Positions 11,379 through 23,191 of a DNA stretch of 64,000 nucleotides are shown piece after piece; the stretch's first letter is position 1; every line of letters starts with the position of its first letter. The DNA is from Cirrosporium novae-zelandiae. Its lineage: Eukaryota. The notes under the pieces were generated by a model that saw nothing but the letters and a program-made list of their open reading frames with translations, made no database searches and was not told where the DNA came from. The DNA is taken from NCBI GenBank assembly GCA_026023565.1, contig JAPETS010000042.1, positions 1 to 64,000 on the forward strand, written 5' to 3'. A program made the translations under genes and the position numbers.

Positions 11379-12870
11379 TTATATTCGTTTAATATCCTTT
11401 CCCTTCATATCTGGCCGTTCTTTTTCCCATTCGTCTCTTAGAACGGCGTGAGTTGAATCGGCTACCAACACTGATAGTCCGAGACTCCAAACTAGCGTGA
11501 TCGCATAGAAAAAGTTGGCATTTCCTGACCCAGCATAAATCCATAGATAATAGAATGCAGGTCCGAGGAAGGTGGCATATAAAAGTGTGGATGTGGTGAA
11601 AAAGGTGTACCGCATTACTATTGGTAATTTCGTTAGTGTATCCGAGAAGTCTGTTATCTCGAGTGAACTTACATGGGAAGGTATGCCGGTACAAGGGGAG
11701 AAGAGACAAGTAAAGGGACAAGTCTGAGATACTTGGATACGGTTTGAAAATGGCAAAGGTTCCCAGCAGACTGGTTATTATAAATAATGGTTGTTTTCGG
11801 AGGCGGATAGAAAAGCCGCCTACGTATGCAGCCAGGTGCAGCCAAAAAACACCTAAAAAGAATTCTCGGAAAGAGTCAAACATTTCTATGAAGAAGTACC
11901 ACCACAATCCAAGGTTGGGGGTTAGATCGGGGAGTAGGAGGTGAACACCATATGTCGAGGACAAGAATTCCCAAGATGATCCTGTAGTAAAATATGATAG
12001 GTAGAGTAGGAACGTAAAGCTGCTCGCAAATATTGTGGAATGGGACGACAGAAAGCTCATTGAGCTGATTGGTGTCTTACTTTCCCTAGCATGTCGATCA
12101 TAGCAGAGAAGTAAGAGGGGGGGGAGGAGAAGAGTGGGGTAAAGGGATAGGTATGAGGCGAAGGCTAATGCCAGCATCGAGTGGAGACTTCTCCCATTGA
12201 CAGCATTTGCAATAGCGTAGAGGATGGCACAGTTTGTGAAAATGCTTGTAGGCCTGCCGAGGCAAGTTGCGATCGTAAAAGGGTCAAATAGATAGCTATA
12301 AGGAGAATCAGAATTATGCTTTCTTCCAGGAGTATCCTGTTGATACTCACGCAGCAGCAATATGTAAACTGTTTCCTCTAATAGCCTTTCTAGGAGACAC
12401 GAATAATCTCGAAGCCACGGATTCCCCACTTTCTGCGATTTGTATCACAGCATCGGCGCAAAGCAAATCTAACCCAATATATAATAACGATGTCGCAAGT
12501 GGAAATGACAGCGGGTTTGGAAGGAGACTGAAAAAAGGGAGTAGGAGTGGAGCCTGTAGAGGTTTAGTAAGAGGATGCCAGGTGGTAGAGAGGATCAGTA
12601 CCTGGTGAAAGACACCTCCGTCGTAAGGTGAAACATTGTGTGTATAGAGGAAGAGGCCTTCTTGCACTAAATTAAAGAGAAGGGTCAGTAACAGTATGTC
12701 CAGGCGGAGAGGGTCCTATTCAGCATACATCTCTTGAAGCTAGTCACAGGTGTGGAGATCTCGACTCGGCCAGCAAGAAGGTTGGGGAGACCTGGAAAAG
12801 CCAGAAGTAGTAGAAGTCGAAGACCTGCGGCGGCCCCAAACAGGAGGCCTTTTTGTCTGTCAATGGACAT
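11379..12870 (-). CDS. GAB1: GPI transamidase subunit PIG-U, multi-exon
   Basis: RVEISTPVTSFKR, QEGLFLY..NVSPYDGGVFHQ, YLFDPFTIA, DLTPNLGLWWYFFIEMFDSFR, FKPYPSISD and GSGNANFFYAITL are spread across the ORF fragments. Confidence 0.92.
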
Positions 12871-13202
12871 TGTATTCATCATTATCGACCATCGAATTGC
12901 ATCTTGACCATCGGTCAATTGCCTTGAGAGTTACAACTGACCCGCTCAAAAAGATGAGAAGCTGTGCGATGTTGCGGCTCGGTGGACGGAGGTTTGAAGA
13001 TTCCAAGATCCCCGGATAGTGAGCCGAGTGAGACGAGCCATACACAATACAGTACCAGTACCACCGTACAGTAAACCCATGAGAGCTCACGGACCATCCG
13101 AAACTTTCCAAAATTTTGGCGACAGCTTTGCCCACCAACCACTACCAGCTATCAACTACACATTCTGAATATATCAACTTCAATTTGATATCAAGAGCAA
13201 TC

Positions 13203-15240
13203 ATGCCAAAAATAAAGAAGAAGGGTTTGCATATATATTACATTGTCTATCAATTTCATACTAATCTTTCACAGGAACCTCTGGCCAGGCCGTAAATTTC
13301 ATCACCAGAACTCAAGCAGTGCGCAAACTACAAATTTCTTTACCAGATTTCAGACGATTATGTATATTCAAAGGTAAGGAATTCTCCCAGCTTAATTGTA
13401 CCTTTTACTGACTGTAAAAGGAATCTACCCCCGAGAACCAAGAAATAAGAAGAAAGCTTCTAAAGCTTCAACACCCTCTACAACTTTTTACTACACCAAA
13501 GATATCCAATATCTCCTTCATGAACCCCTCATACAAAAGTTTCGAGATCACAAAGCGCTACAGAAGAAGGTTTCTAGACTATTAGGTCGGGGCCAAGTTG
13601 CTGAGGCTGCGCGCATAGAGAAAATATTGAAGCCAAAGATTTCACTCGATCATATTGTAAAAGAACGGTATCCAACCTTTGTCGATGCTCTTAGGGATCT
13701 AGATGATGCGCTCAACATGCTATTTCTCTTTGCAAATCTGCCATCTTCAAAATATGTCCCTCCTAAGATCATTGAACTCTGCAAGCGACTTTGCCATGAG
13801 TTTGAACATTATGTTATCACAACGCATTCGCTAAAGAAGTCATTCTTATCGATAAAAGGAATCTACTATCAAGCTTCAATACAAGGCCAAGATATATTAT
13901 GGGTTGTACCCTATAAGTTTGTTCAAAGGGTTACCGGGGACGTCGACTTTAGGATTATGGCAACATTCGTCGAGTTCTATAGTACGTTATTGGGCTTTGT
14001 CAATTTCAGACTGTATACCACCATCGGGCTAGTATACCCTCCAAAATTTAGCCAGACCAGCGATGAAAGTGGTGCAGAACTTGGTGCATTTACGCTTGAA
14101 GGGCAGGCAATCACCCAACCAACGATTACATCTGATGCGCCTGAAACCAACCACTCCATAACCAATGGCTCGGAATCAGCTGAAAACCAAGCCGTCGTCG
14201 ACAAGACCGTAGCAAAATTAAAAGAGTCTGGAGAACCTGCCGAGCTCGAAAGCACACAGGACACATCCACACAAGAAACCGCAGAAGCCGACTTTGATAA
14301 ATTTGAAGTCACCGGACCGGGAGCAGATACCCTCCCAGAACCTTCGCTCACAAACTCCGAAGCCGGAACTCTCTTTGAACCCTTCACATTCTTCCTTTCC
14401 CGAGAAACTCCACGGCATTCAATAGAATTCCTCCTCCGATCATTTGGCTGCAAACGAGTTGGCTGGGACGAAGTCCTCGGCGCTGGCGCATTCACACATG
14501 ATGAAACAGACCCCAAAATCACCCACGAAATTGTGGACCGGCCACCACTCCCAGAATCCGCCACGGCAGACAGAGATGAGAACTCCACCGCCGTCCGTCC
14601 AGGAACAAGAATACCGGGTCGAACGTACGTCCAACCCCAATGGGTCTGGGATTGCGTCAACGCCGGAAAACTATTACGTAGCGATCTGTACGCACCAGGC
14701 GCCCAGCTCCCCCCTCATCTAAGCCCCTTTATCAAAGCCACAAAAGGCGCCTACGATCCCAGCATCCCACTCTCAGCGCAGGAACCAGAAAACGAGATCG
14801 AAGAAGCCGCAGCTAAAGCCTTGGAAGCCACCGGCGGCGATGACCCCAATTCCCCAGAAGACGATGCTCACCCATCCGACTCAGAAGCATCCGAAGACGA
14901 AGAATTCACCGGCTTCAACAGCGACGTCGACGTCGACGACAACGACGAAATCACAACCGCACAACTCGCCCACCAACGCGAACTCGAAGCCGAAGCTGCG
15001 GGGATCCCATTCTCAGATAACGATGCAAATAGTAAAAAAGCAGCTGAGATCAGGAAGAAGGCTGCGAGGAAGAAGAAGGCGGAGGAGGAGGAGCTGCAAC
15101 GGCAGAGAATGATGATGAGTAATAAGAAGAGGAGGCTAGTGGATCAGATGATGTATTCGAAGAGGAAGGGGGATAAGGAGGCAGAGAAGTTGAGGGGGAA
15201 GAGGAGGAGGATTGAGGGAGGGGGAGGGGGGAGAGATTAG
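13203..15240 (+). CDS. NOP7: Pescadillo homolog (PeBoW complex, BRCT domain); two short 5' introns
   Basis: [86 protein letters not shown]. Confidence 0.96.
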
Positions 15241-16844
15241 TGGGGGTTTGAAAGAAAAGAAAGGGGATTGAATTACTGATTTGACCTATTAGTTCAGGGA
15301 AGGTGGTGGTGGGGGTTTAATGATTCAAAAAACTCGTTCATGTATTTTTCCACGCACGTACGTATGTATAGGTTCAGCGTGTGAGGTAGTAGACAAAAAA
15401 TAACCTAACTACCTAGTAGCAGCAGTAGATAGAACCGATATATAAAAAAAACTGAAAAAAACTGAAAGGAGTAGTTTCTCAATACCATCTACAGTAACTA
15501 GCTAACCAACAGCCACAGCTACGGCTTCTGGTACATACCCAAGTAGACATTCACCAGTGAATCGAAATAGGAATAAGAAATATCCTCCCTTCCCTTACCT
15601 CTTGGCTTTTAAACCTTTATCTTTACCTCTATCTATCATCCCAAGAATCCCTAAACCCATCTCCTTCATACCCACCCCTCCACTCCACCCCCCTTCCGCT
15701 TCCAAAAAAAAAAAGATCCAATGAAATCCCCTCTCTACCTCCCTTTCAAACCACCCTTTCTCCCTTTCTATTACTTTTATTCATATAACCCAAAGCTAGT
15801 TCACTTGGATGACTAAGGGGGGGGGGGGGACTGACCCTACATTGATTACATTTCACTTTTATTTTTACTTCTAATTTCGTTTTAGATTAGATGGATTACT
15901 TGAATATAGGATGGATATAAGATATAAAGATATAAAATACTCTAACAACATCTTAATATACCTCCTTATACCCCCTCTATACCCGCTATCTTATATCGTT
16001 TCGTCTAAATGTCTTGAGTTTTTATTTTATTTTACTTTATCCTTAACCTATTTTATATTTCCAAAATCTAAAATCTAAAGCCAAGATTATACCAATCGGG
16101 TATTTTTCATGTAAATTATAAATTATAAATTATAATATAATTGATATCCATCTGCAAGGTTCGTATAGCTTATAGGTCATCTATCTATTTATTTATTTAA
16201 AAAAGTAGGACTAGAACTAGAATCTCTACTCACCTTAACCCCCCCGTTCCTATGAGACTTTTTTTGGAAACATTTGGAATAAATAGTATCTACACCTAGG
16301 TATCTCAACTAAACTAATCCCTATATATAAGTTCATATCTATTTACTTATACCCTCATTCCCATTCCTATCCCTTTATTCCCACTATCATCAAGGCTTTT
16401 TTAACTTGTAATTTTGTAACTTTGAACTTTAAACTTAAGGGGAGTGCTTCAGAAATGTAATATTTGAAGTGAGGATGGGGGTATTAATGTGGATGTGGAT
16501 GTAGATTTGGAAGGGGTAAGGTAGGGGGTAGGGTATGAGTAAGAGGAAAAGGAAAAGGAAATGGGGATTAGGAATTAGAGGCGGTGATGTGGATGTATTG
16601 TATAGATGTATAAATGTTAGGGGGGGGTGTAAGTAGAAAATATGAAGAGATATGAGGTATGAGATATTACTAGACTACTTTGTATCTTTATATCGAAATT
16701 AGAGAAGATAGATGGATGAATTAAAAAAGAATCGAAAGCTTGGCCTTGGGATCTTAGAATCTTAAGATCGTAGGGGTGCACGATATAGCATAACATAGTG
16801 AGGTACAGTGAATGAATGAGTAATATCTCATCTCATATCATATT

Positions 16845-17430
16845 CAAGGAAATGAAGTGGAAGTGAAGTAAGCATAGGGTTTCCAATCCATAACCAAATA
16901 ACCAGATTTGGTTACTATAGTTAAATTGAATTGGATCAGAAAAACTAAAAAGAATGGAAGACTGGTCAAAAGATTGAAGGTAAAGAGGTTTTATTCTCTT
17001 TATTCTCTCCATCTCTCTACCCTTTTAAGTAAAATAATCAAGGGAGATGAAGTGAAGTGAAGTGTGTCAGTGTAGAGTCCCCAGTCCGAAACCAAATAAC
17101 CGGTTTTGGTTACTGTAGTGGGATTAGGAAGAATAGAAGATTGGAAGGATAGAAGAATGGAAGACTGGTTGAAGGTAGAGGGGGTTTTTACTCGAGTACT
17201 CTCTCCCTTCTTCATTCTTTTAGGTCAAATAATTAAGTGAAATGAAGTGAAGTGAGATGTATCAGCGTAGAATCCTCAATACAAAGCCAAATAGCTGGTT
17301 TTGGTTTTGGTTAGTTGAGTTAGAAAGAATGGAAGTCTCCTGGGGTATTGATCGTTAGATCGGTTGAGAGTAGAGGGCATTTTATTTTCTCCCACCTTTT
17401 TCATCCTTTCTTCATTCCTTTCAAGTGAAA
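16845..17430. repeat. Three degenerate tandem copies of a ~190-200 bp non-coding unit
   Basis: The ordered motifs ATGAAGTG(G)AAGTGA..CCAAA(A)TA(A/G)C..TTTGGTT..AGAATGGAAG recur near 16850, 17047 and 17241. Confidence 0.7.
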
Positions 17431-18769
17431 GGGGGGGTTGGTATCTTTGATGAAGTTGAGTTATTATTGTACGTATGGACAGGTATATCCTAGATGATAA
17501 TGCGTGGAGGAGATCATCAATTAGGCTGATGGAAAATCGGGTTAGGACAATTATGTATCGGCTTGAAGAGTTTATCTAGGGTTCGGGTAATATGACATCT
17601 GGTTTCTGTGGTTGATAATAATGCTGGGAGTCGATGGTGTTGCCTCCCACCTGAGGAGGGATGAGCCGGGTGGGGTGAGTTGAGTTGCTCCTTTTCAAAT
17701 AGAATTGTTTTGTATTTATCTGGGCGTCAGAATGATGTGGTATGATGTGATGTGAGGGTTATTTGAATTTTATGGTATTTGGTGGTTGTGATTGACTTGA
17801 TTGATAATAGTGATGGGAGTTGGTGGTGTTGCTTACTCCTTGGATGAACGGATTAGGTCGGGTTGAGTCGCTCCTGTGAAGATGACTACTGTTTTTGTAT
17901 AATCATTTCCAAACCAAAATGGATAGGGCGGGGTGCGAAATGCTCGGTCCTGTATTCATAGATAGACATGGGATATTTGGTATTTGTTCGCGATAGGATG
18001 ACTAACCAATACAAGGAGGAAATCAGGGTATAGAGACATGATGTTTCACCTTTAGTTAATCAGCCCCCTCGGTTGAAAAAGAAAGCCCCGTAGTAATCAT
18101 TATATAATCACCCAGTAAATGGCGATTAGAAGGGTCATATGGGTGGGTGGTTTGTAAATCTTTCGATAAATGTGGGTCGAAATTTCCAAAATAACTTGAT
18201 CGGAGTACTCCCCCCCGTGTGTATTGTTTTTTCGAAGTCTTCCTCGAGTCTTGATCGATGAGCACTAGGACTGTATTTGGATGAATGGATGGATGTTGTG
18301 CTTGATGTATGTTGATGGTGGAACCAACCCCCCTGCCGGACCGTTGGCTGCAGTGACTAAGGAATATATCCATACTTGTAACGAATGCCCCACACGATTG
18401 GTGTATTTCCCCGCACCTTCGGGATAAGTGACGGTTGTCGGATGAGGCATGGCATTCTCCATCAACATCAATTCGCATCTCAATATGTATGAAGATATAA
18501 AGTTGAGAAGTTCCCTCCTGCATCCTTTAAAAGATTGCAAAAAGGTATCCTACAAATAGTCAAATTAGCCAGCGTGGAAAAGGGACGCATTTGAAATCAC
18601 TAAAAGGGTTTTCTTTTCTTTTCTTTTGGGTAGTCAGAATGTACCCATAAGCTAACTCTGTGGAACTCTTGATTGCCATTTATCCGTCACCCTTAATGCA
18701 TTGCAAAGGTCATTATCCATCGTTTGTCACTAGAAATCCGTTATAGACGCCTTACTCCATAGCACAGGA

Positions 18770-19468
18770 TCACACCTTGGTAGCCACCTTTTGACCCTTT
18801 GGCTTCCTGAGCATGGCACAGATCCTCGAGATATTCCCTTTATATTTCTCTCCACCCCAAACTTCCAAGTCCGTATCTATGTTTTCATAGACCTCCCATC
18901 CCACTTGCTCGTACAATGCCTTGCCCTGCGGTGTAGCATCGATCCAACAACCATGGCCGTTTTTGTCTGCCTGATCCGTACCCCAGGCTAGAAGTTTCTT
19001 TCCAACCCCTTTCCTCTGGTATTGCGGTAAAACGGCCAGCAAGGCCATCAGCCAGTATGGTTTTCCCTTCAGTGCCTCGATCCTCTTGTCGCCGATGATC
19101 CCGAAAAAGGAATCACACATCTCCTTATTCGCGTTAGGTCCAAAGTTCCTTGGCCAGCCAAACTGATCCTCGCCTTTGCCTGGAAAGAATGACCATCTGC
19201 CTACGCCTGCGACAGTTCCATCAGGGAGTACGGCATGTATGAAATGAGTGGTTGGATCTTCGGCCCATAGTCTGCACTGTTCTTTGACCTTGACTTCAAA
19301 GGCTTTCTTCTCTTCTGCGGGAGTCACTTTCTTGTTGAGACCCCACATCAACGCCATCAGATCGGACGATTCGCCAAATGCCTCATCTTCGATTTCACAG
19401 AAGCGACTAATTCCAGCTTCATCTGGGATTGGGACGACTTTGATGTCTAGTGCTTCGTGGGATCCCAT
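18770..19468 (-). CDS. GNAT-family N-acetyltransferase
   Basis: WLMALLAVLPQYQRKGVGKKLLAWG (acetyl-CoA motif A) and WIDATPQGKALYEQVGW (motif B). Likely start is MGSHEALD at 19468. Confidence 0.88.
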   Translation of the reverse strand: MGSHEALDIKVVPIPDEAGISRFCEIEDEAFGESSDLMALMWGLNKKVTPAEEKKAFEVKVKEQCRLWAEDPTTHFIHAVLPDGTVAGVGRWSFFPGKGEDQFGWPRNFGPNANKEMCDSFFGIIGDKRIEALKGKPYWLMALLAVLPQYQRKGVGKKLLAWGTDQADKNGHGCWIDATPQGKALYEQVGWEVYENIDTDLEVWGGEKYKGNISRICAMLRKPKGQKVATKV

Positions 19469-20174
19469 GGTTAGAAAATTTAATGAGGGTTCAGAGGGCG
19501 TAGGAGGAAATAATGGTGGAAGGTGACGACTTCTGATGATATTCAGCAGATCTTGATAGTTGGCAAGATGGGTGTACTGGAAACGGTAAACAAGAGGAGA
19601 TAAATATATCATTGTAGGACCATTAGGACGGCGACGATCAAAGCGAATTAGAATTCGGATCAGTCCTCTAGTGTGCTACCATGAGTACCAAGACGACGCT
19701 CGCACAATAAAACAACTCTATGTTTGTATCTTCATTGGCAGACCCGAGTGGATTGGTCGCTCAGGATAGCAGTTTTGAGAAAAACGTGCCGCATCGGATG
19801 GGGGGCAAAGGATGGTCTTTTTTTCTGTTGTGTCGCATAATAGGATTGTGTTGCGGTAATAAAGGTAGAATGGTAGAGATTCAGCCTTTCTATCCTATAA
19901 TCTTCTCTCCCACAGTCTTTCCATCTCGGATTCTCTTTTCCACCATCCATGCTGGCCCTAGACGACATTATTGATTTTTGACCTGACCTCAACTTATTTA
20001 ATTTGTTCAATGGTCACATTGCTGTAGACAAGACCTTTGGTACTCTTAGGTAAGAAGCTTTCAGTGTTACGTGAGTTAAAGACTAGTTATCTACCTAGAT
20101 AGCTAGGAAATACCTAGCAAGTAGTAGTTTAGTGCTATCAGGAATCGGGCTATACAAGGGGGGGGCTTAAGGCT

Positions 20175-20224
20175 GGGACCAAGAGGGACCAAGAGGGGCC
20201 AAGAGGGATCAAGAGGGACGAAGA
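20175..20224. repeat. Minisatellite, about 5 copies of the 10-mer GGGACCAAGA
   Basis: gggaccaaga gggaccaaga ggggccaaga gggatcaaga gggacgaaga. Confidence 0.85.
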
Positions 20225-20856
20225 CTCGTGGAAACAAAGCAACGAAGAAACTTAGATGGTACCAAGATTTTCCCAAGCCCGCTGCAAGGCCCTCCCGCCT
20301 TATTCCCCATTAAGGGGAGGTTAACCTACGCTTACCATCATATACTTTGGACTAGCATCTACCAACTATGATTATCAATTTTTTGCCCATTATTTCGTAC
20401 TTCTGGAATCATATATTCCGAATACGGCATTCAGTGAACATCATCATCGTATCCCCTGCGAACGTACCAGGTGTTACTGTATCATGCTGAACTGGGTTTA
20501 TGTAGACTAACTTGAACTAAAACAGAAATCACGTTGAAGCTCAATCTGGTGAAACACCCGCAACATGCATGGGCTCTCCCAAATAAGTATCCATCACCAT
20601 TCTATCCCCACCAAACATTTTCTCATCGTCATCATCATCATCGTTAACCTAACCAATCCAATTTCGTCATCTCATCAAAATCAGTTCTGTATCCATCTCC
20701 TCAATACGAAGGCTTCCGACAGGATGTTTAATAGGGCATTTAGTAAGTACCCATTAAGTAAGTACTTTGAGAGTTACCTAATAATAAACTTAGTAGGATG
20801 TCCAACAAGTCAGTCAGAAGGGCTCCTAATGAGGTCTTCAATAGGGCATTTCATCT

Positions 20857-22757
20857 TCATCTAATCCTATTTTTCCCATCAAAATCGCTCAGCTCATCCA
20901 TCAGAGGTGCGACAATATTGCTATAGACCTCTTTTTGGAAATCTTCGTTATCCAACTTCATATCTTTATCGTGAATTTTGAACGGGCAATCTATGCAACA
21001 TCGGATAACATCATTAAATCGATCACCAGTTTGCGCGAGTATTATCTCGTCATGCATAAGGCGGCGCACCGTTTGTAGTTCTGTAAGAGAAGGAATTTTT
21101 TCCACGATATCCTCTGACTCCTGTAAAGAGATGATCGATCTACCAAGGCCGAGCTCGACAAGGCTCACACCAAGGTTATATAAAATATGGCTCTTGATTA
21201 GTCTATAAGATTCGAGTTCAATCCCATTATTTAGCGAGGCTTTTCGACCTGACCCAATCCTTTTGGAAATGAACGGATTCTGGTAATCGACTTCACTGGC
21301 GCCTTGGCAAGCAAGAAATATATCGCAATTCTGAAGATCATTATGCAACCATTCGGTACCGTCCAGCTGCAGAATACTTGATGCAATTGTAAGCGCAAGA
21401 TAATATCGATCCCTTACACCCATAGACCCCTTGCTCAGGCGGGCTTGGCTTCGCCCCAGGGCTCCACTAAGAGTCAATAACCGATTCTGTGAAATTGAGC
21501 CTCGTAACAGAACTTTGGTTGATGAGTAGACTCTATATACCCGCTGGTCATCAGTGAGGACGCCCAAGCATTCTTTAATGTCATTTTTCGTCTGGTTAAG
21601 AGCTTGACACCAATTAGTTATCGGGACATCATTTGTAGGCATGGAAATCGACGAGCGTAGAGGAAGCAATGCCAACTTATATGTAGCGGAGAGAACGTCA
21701 GCGAATCTGACGGCCTTCTTTCTTGGAGTTACTTGGGGGGGTTCCTTCTCCTGTTGAGGCATTGACAGCTTTGTATTAGGTTTATGTGGAGGCTCAATGA
21801 GTTCTATCTCGATCCTTCGGGATTTCCAGGCACAGATAAGTGCAGCCGGCTGGGGCTCATTCCATAGAAGAATACAGAACCTAGTATCTCGCTCCCCCCT
21901 TTCTAATAACCCTGGCCCAGGTCGAGGTTCGAGGTGTAGATTTGCGACGTGCTGACCCTGGCACTTGCATTTCCACGATCGCTTGATACAGACATTATAT
22001 AGACTTTGTGCCTGATGTCGGATGTGGGCAAAATCAAGAATAGGCCTGGAAGTTGTGCTACGTCGTTTTTGGCGGATAGGCTCTAGGCGTAGGCAGCCTT
22101 CGGTAAGGTTGAAAATCATTCTATTTGAGGGGTTGATTTGTTGAAGGAGTTCGTCGTATTCGGTTTTAGAGAAGCTGAATTTCAATCGCTGATATCCACG
22201 GTCAATGATGCTCCGGCTGGAGTGTATGCCCTTGAAAGTGGTCTTATTAGTTCTTATACTATGAATGAAGGATGGGCCGAAAACAGAATCAGTTCAACTG
22301 AGTGACTTCTAAAAGGATTAACTCCTACGTTCGGTGCTCTACATACCTTTGTTTCGACAACGGATAATTTCAAGAATTTATCAATCAACGTCTTAAAGTC
22401 ATTCAGCTCTGACTCAAGGTTTCTTATGGCCCGGAGATACATGGTATAGGACTCCTCCAAACGTTGTTTTAGTCGAGAATCGTACTCTGGGTCACTACGC
22501 CAAAGATCACTTCCTGGACTGTTAAGAAGAGCTGCGACATCCTCTTCAGAAGCCGGAATGCCATCTAGGAGCATCTCGAGAGAGTTTCTAAAGAAGATCC
22601 CCTCGCATTCCAACTTTGAGGCGTATCTTTCGAGTCTGCGGCGATATTTCCTCCATTCTTTGATCTTCTCCACACCTGTTGCCCATCTGTCTATTGCACC
22701 AACAACCAAAGGAAATATCGCTAGTGCCAACCCCGCAATTTCGACGCCGCTTGCCAT
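20857..22757 (-). CDS. Uncharacterised fungal protein with a HeLo-like N-terminus and a degenerate kinase-C-lobe-like (DUF7580-like) C-terminus; exons 22347-22757, 20857-22230
   Basis: N-terminus MASGVEIAGLALAIFPLVV..WRKYRRRL..E...FRNSLEMLL. C-terminus RYYLALTIASSILQL..TEWL..DIFL, ILYNLGVSLVELGLG, GDRFNDVIRCCI, FQKEVYSNIVAPL. An in-phase GTATGT..AAG intron joins the two ORFs into about 594 aa. Confidence 0.8.
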
Positions 22758-23191
22758 CAGGAAAGAGAATATTGAATAACGGGAAAGGAATTTAAATAGA
22801 AGTTAAAGGTCATAACCAACTGCCTCTCGAGCATACTTGACAAAAATCAACAGGCTGAAGTTCAGCCTTTTTTCGATGTGGGATACGGCCGGTTGGAACC
22901 AGTAACCACAATTATTCTCAAGGCTGGCCCCCAGGTCTACATACATTTCTATTGAATTTATGGCTATATAACTGGAAGAGACGTCAGGGGATAGTGCAAG
23001 TTTAGCTCGGTGCAGTACTGACGAAATTCAAGTTTGTTATGCGGACGTCTGAGAGTTATTGTGAGCAAGTCTGCCGATTTTGTCATTATCATATATTTAA
23101 TGTAGAAGAAGTTGGTTCCACGAAAAGACATAGCAAACTTAAGGAGAGGCCAGTACTAGGCAAGCTATCCATCAAGGCCACAATATCCAAT

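Noticed and set aside
13977..14660. Long antisense ORFs over NOP7 (likewise 54603-55217 over the Ldi-like gene and those over MSH6 and UGA2)
   Set aside because: Shadow frames caused by codon bias and strand skew of the real genes.
18056..18720. Overlapping minus-strand ORFs in more complex sequence
   Set aside because: No family motif and no consistent splice model; it may be a gene relic but cannot be supported.
20175..20224. Short direct repeats resembling a CRISPR array (also 2815-3290 and 25081-25200)
   Set aside because: Eukaryotic DNA, no unique spacers and no cas genes; these are simple tandem or TE-derived repeats.
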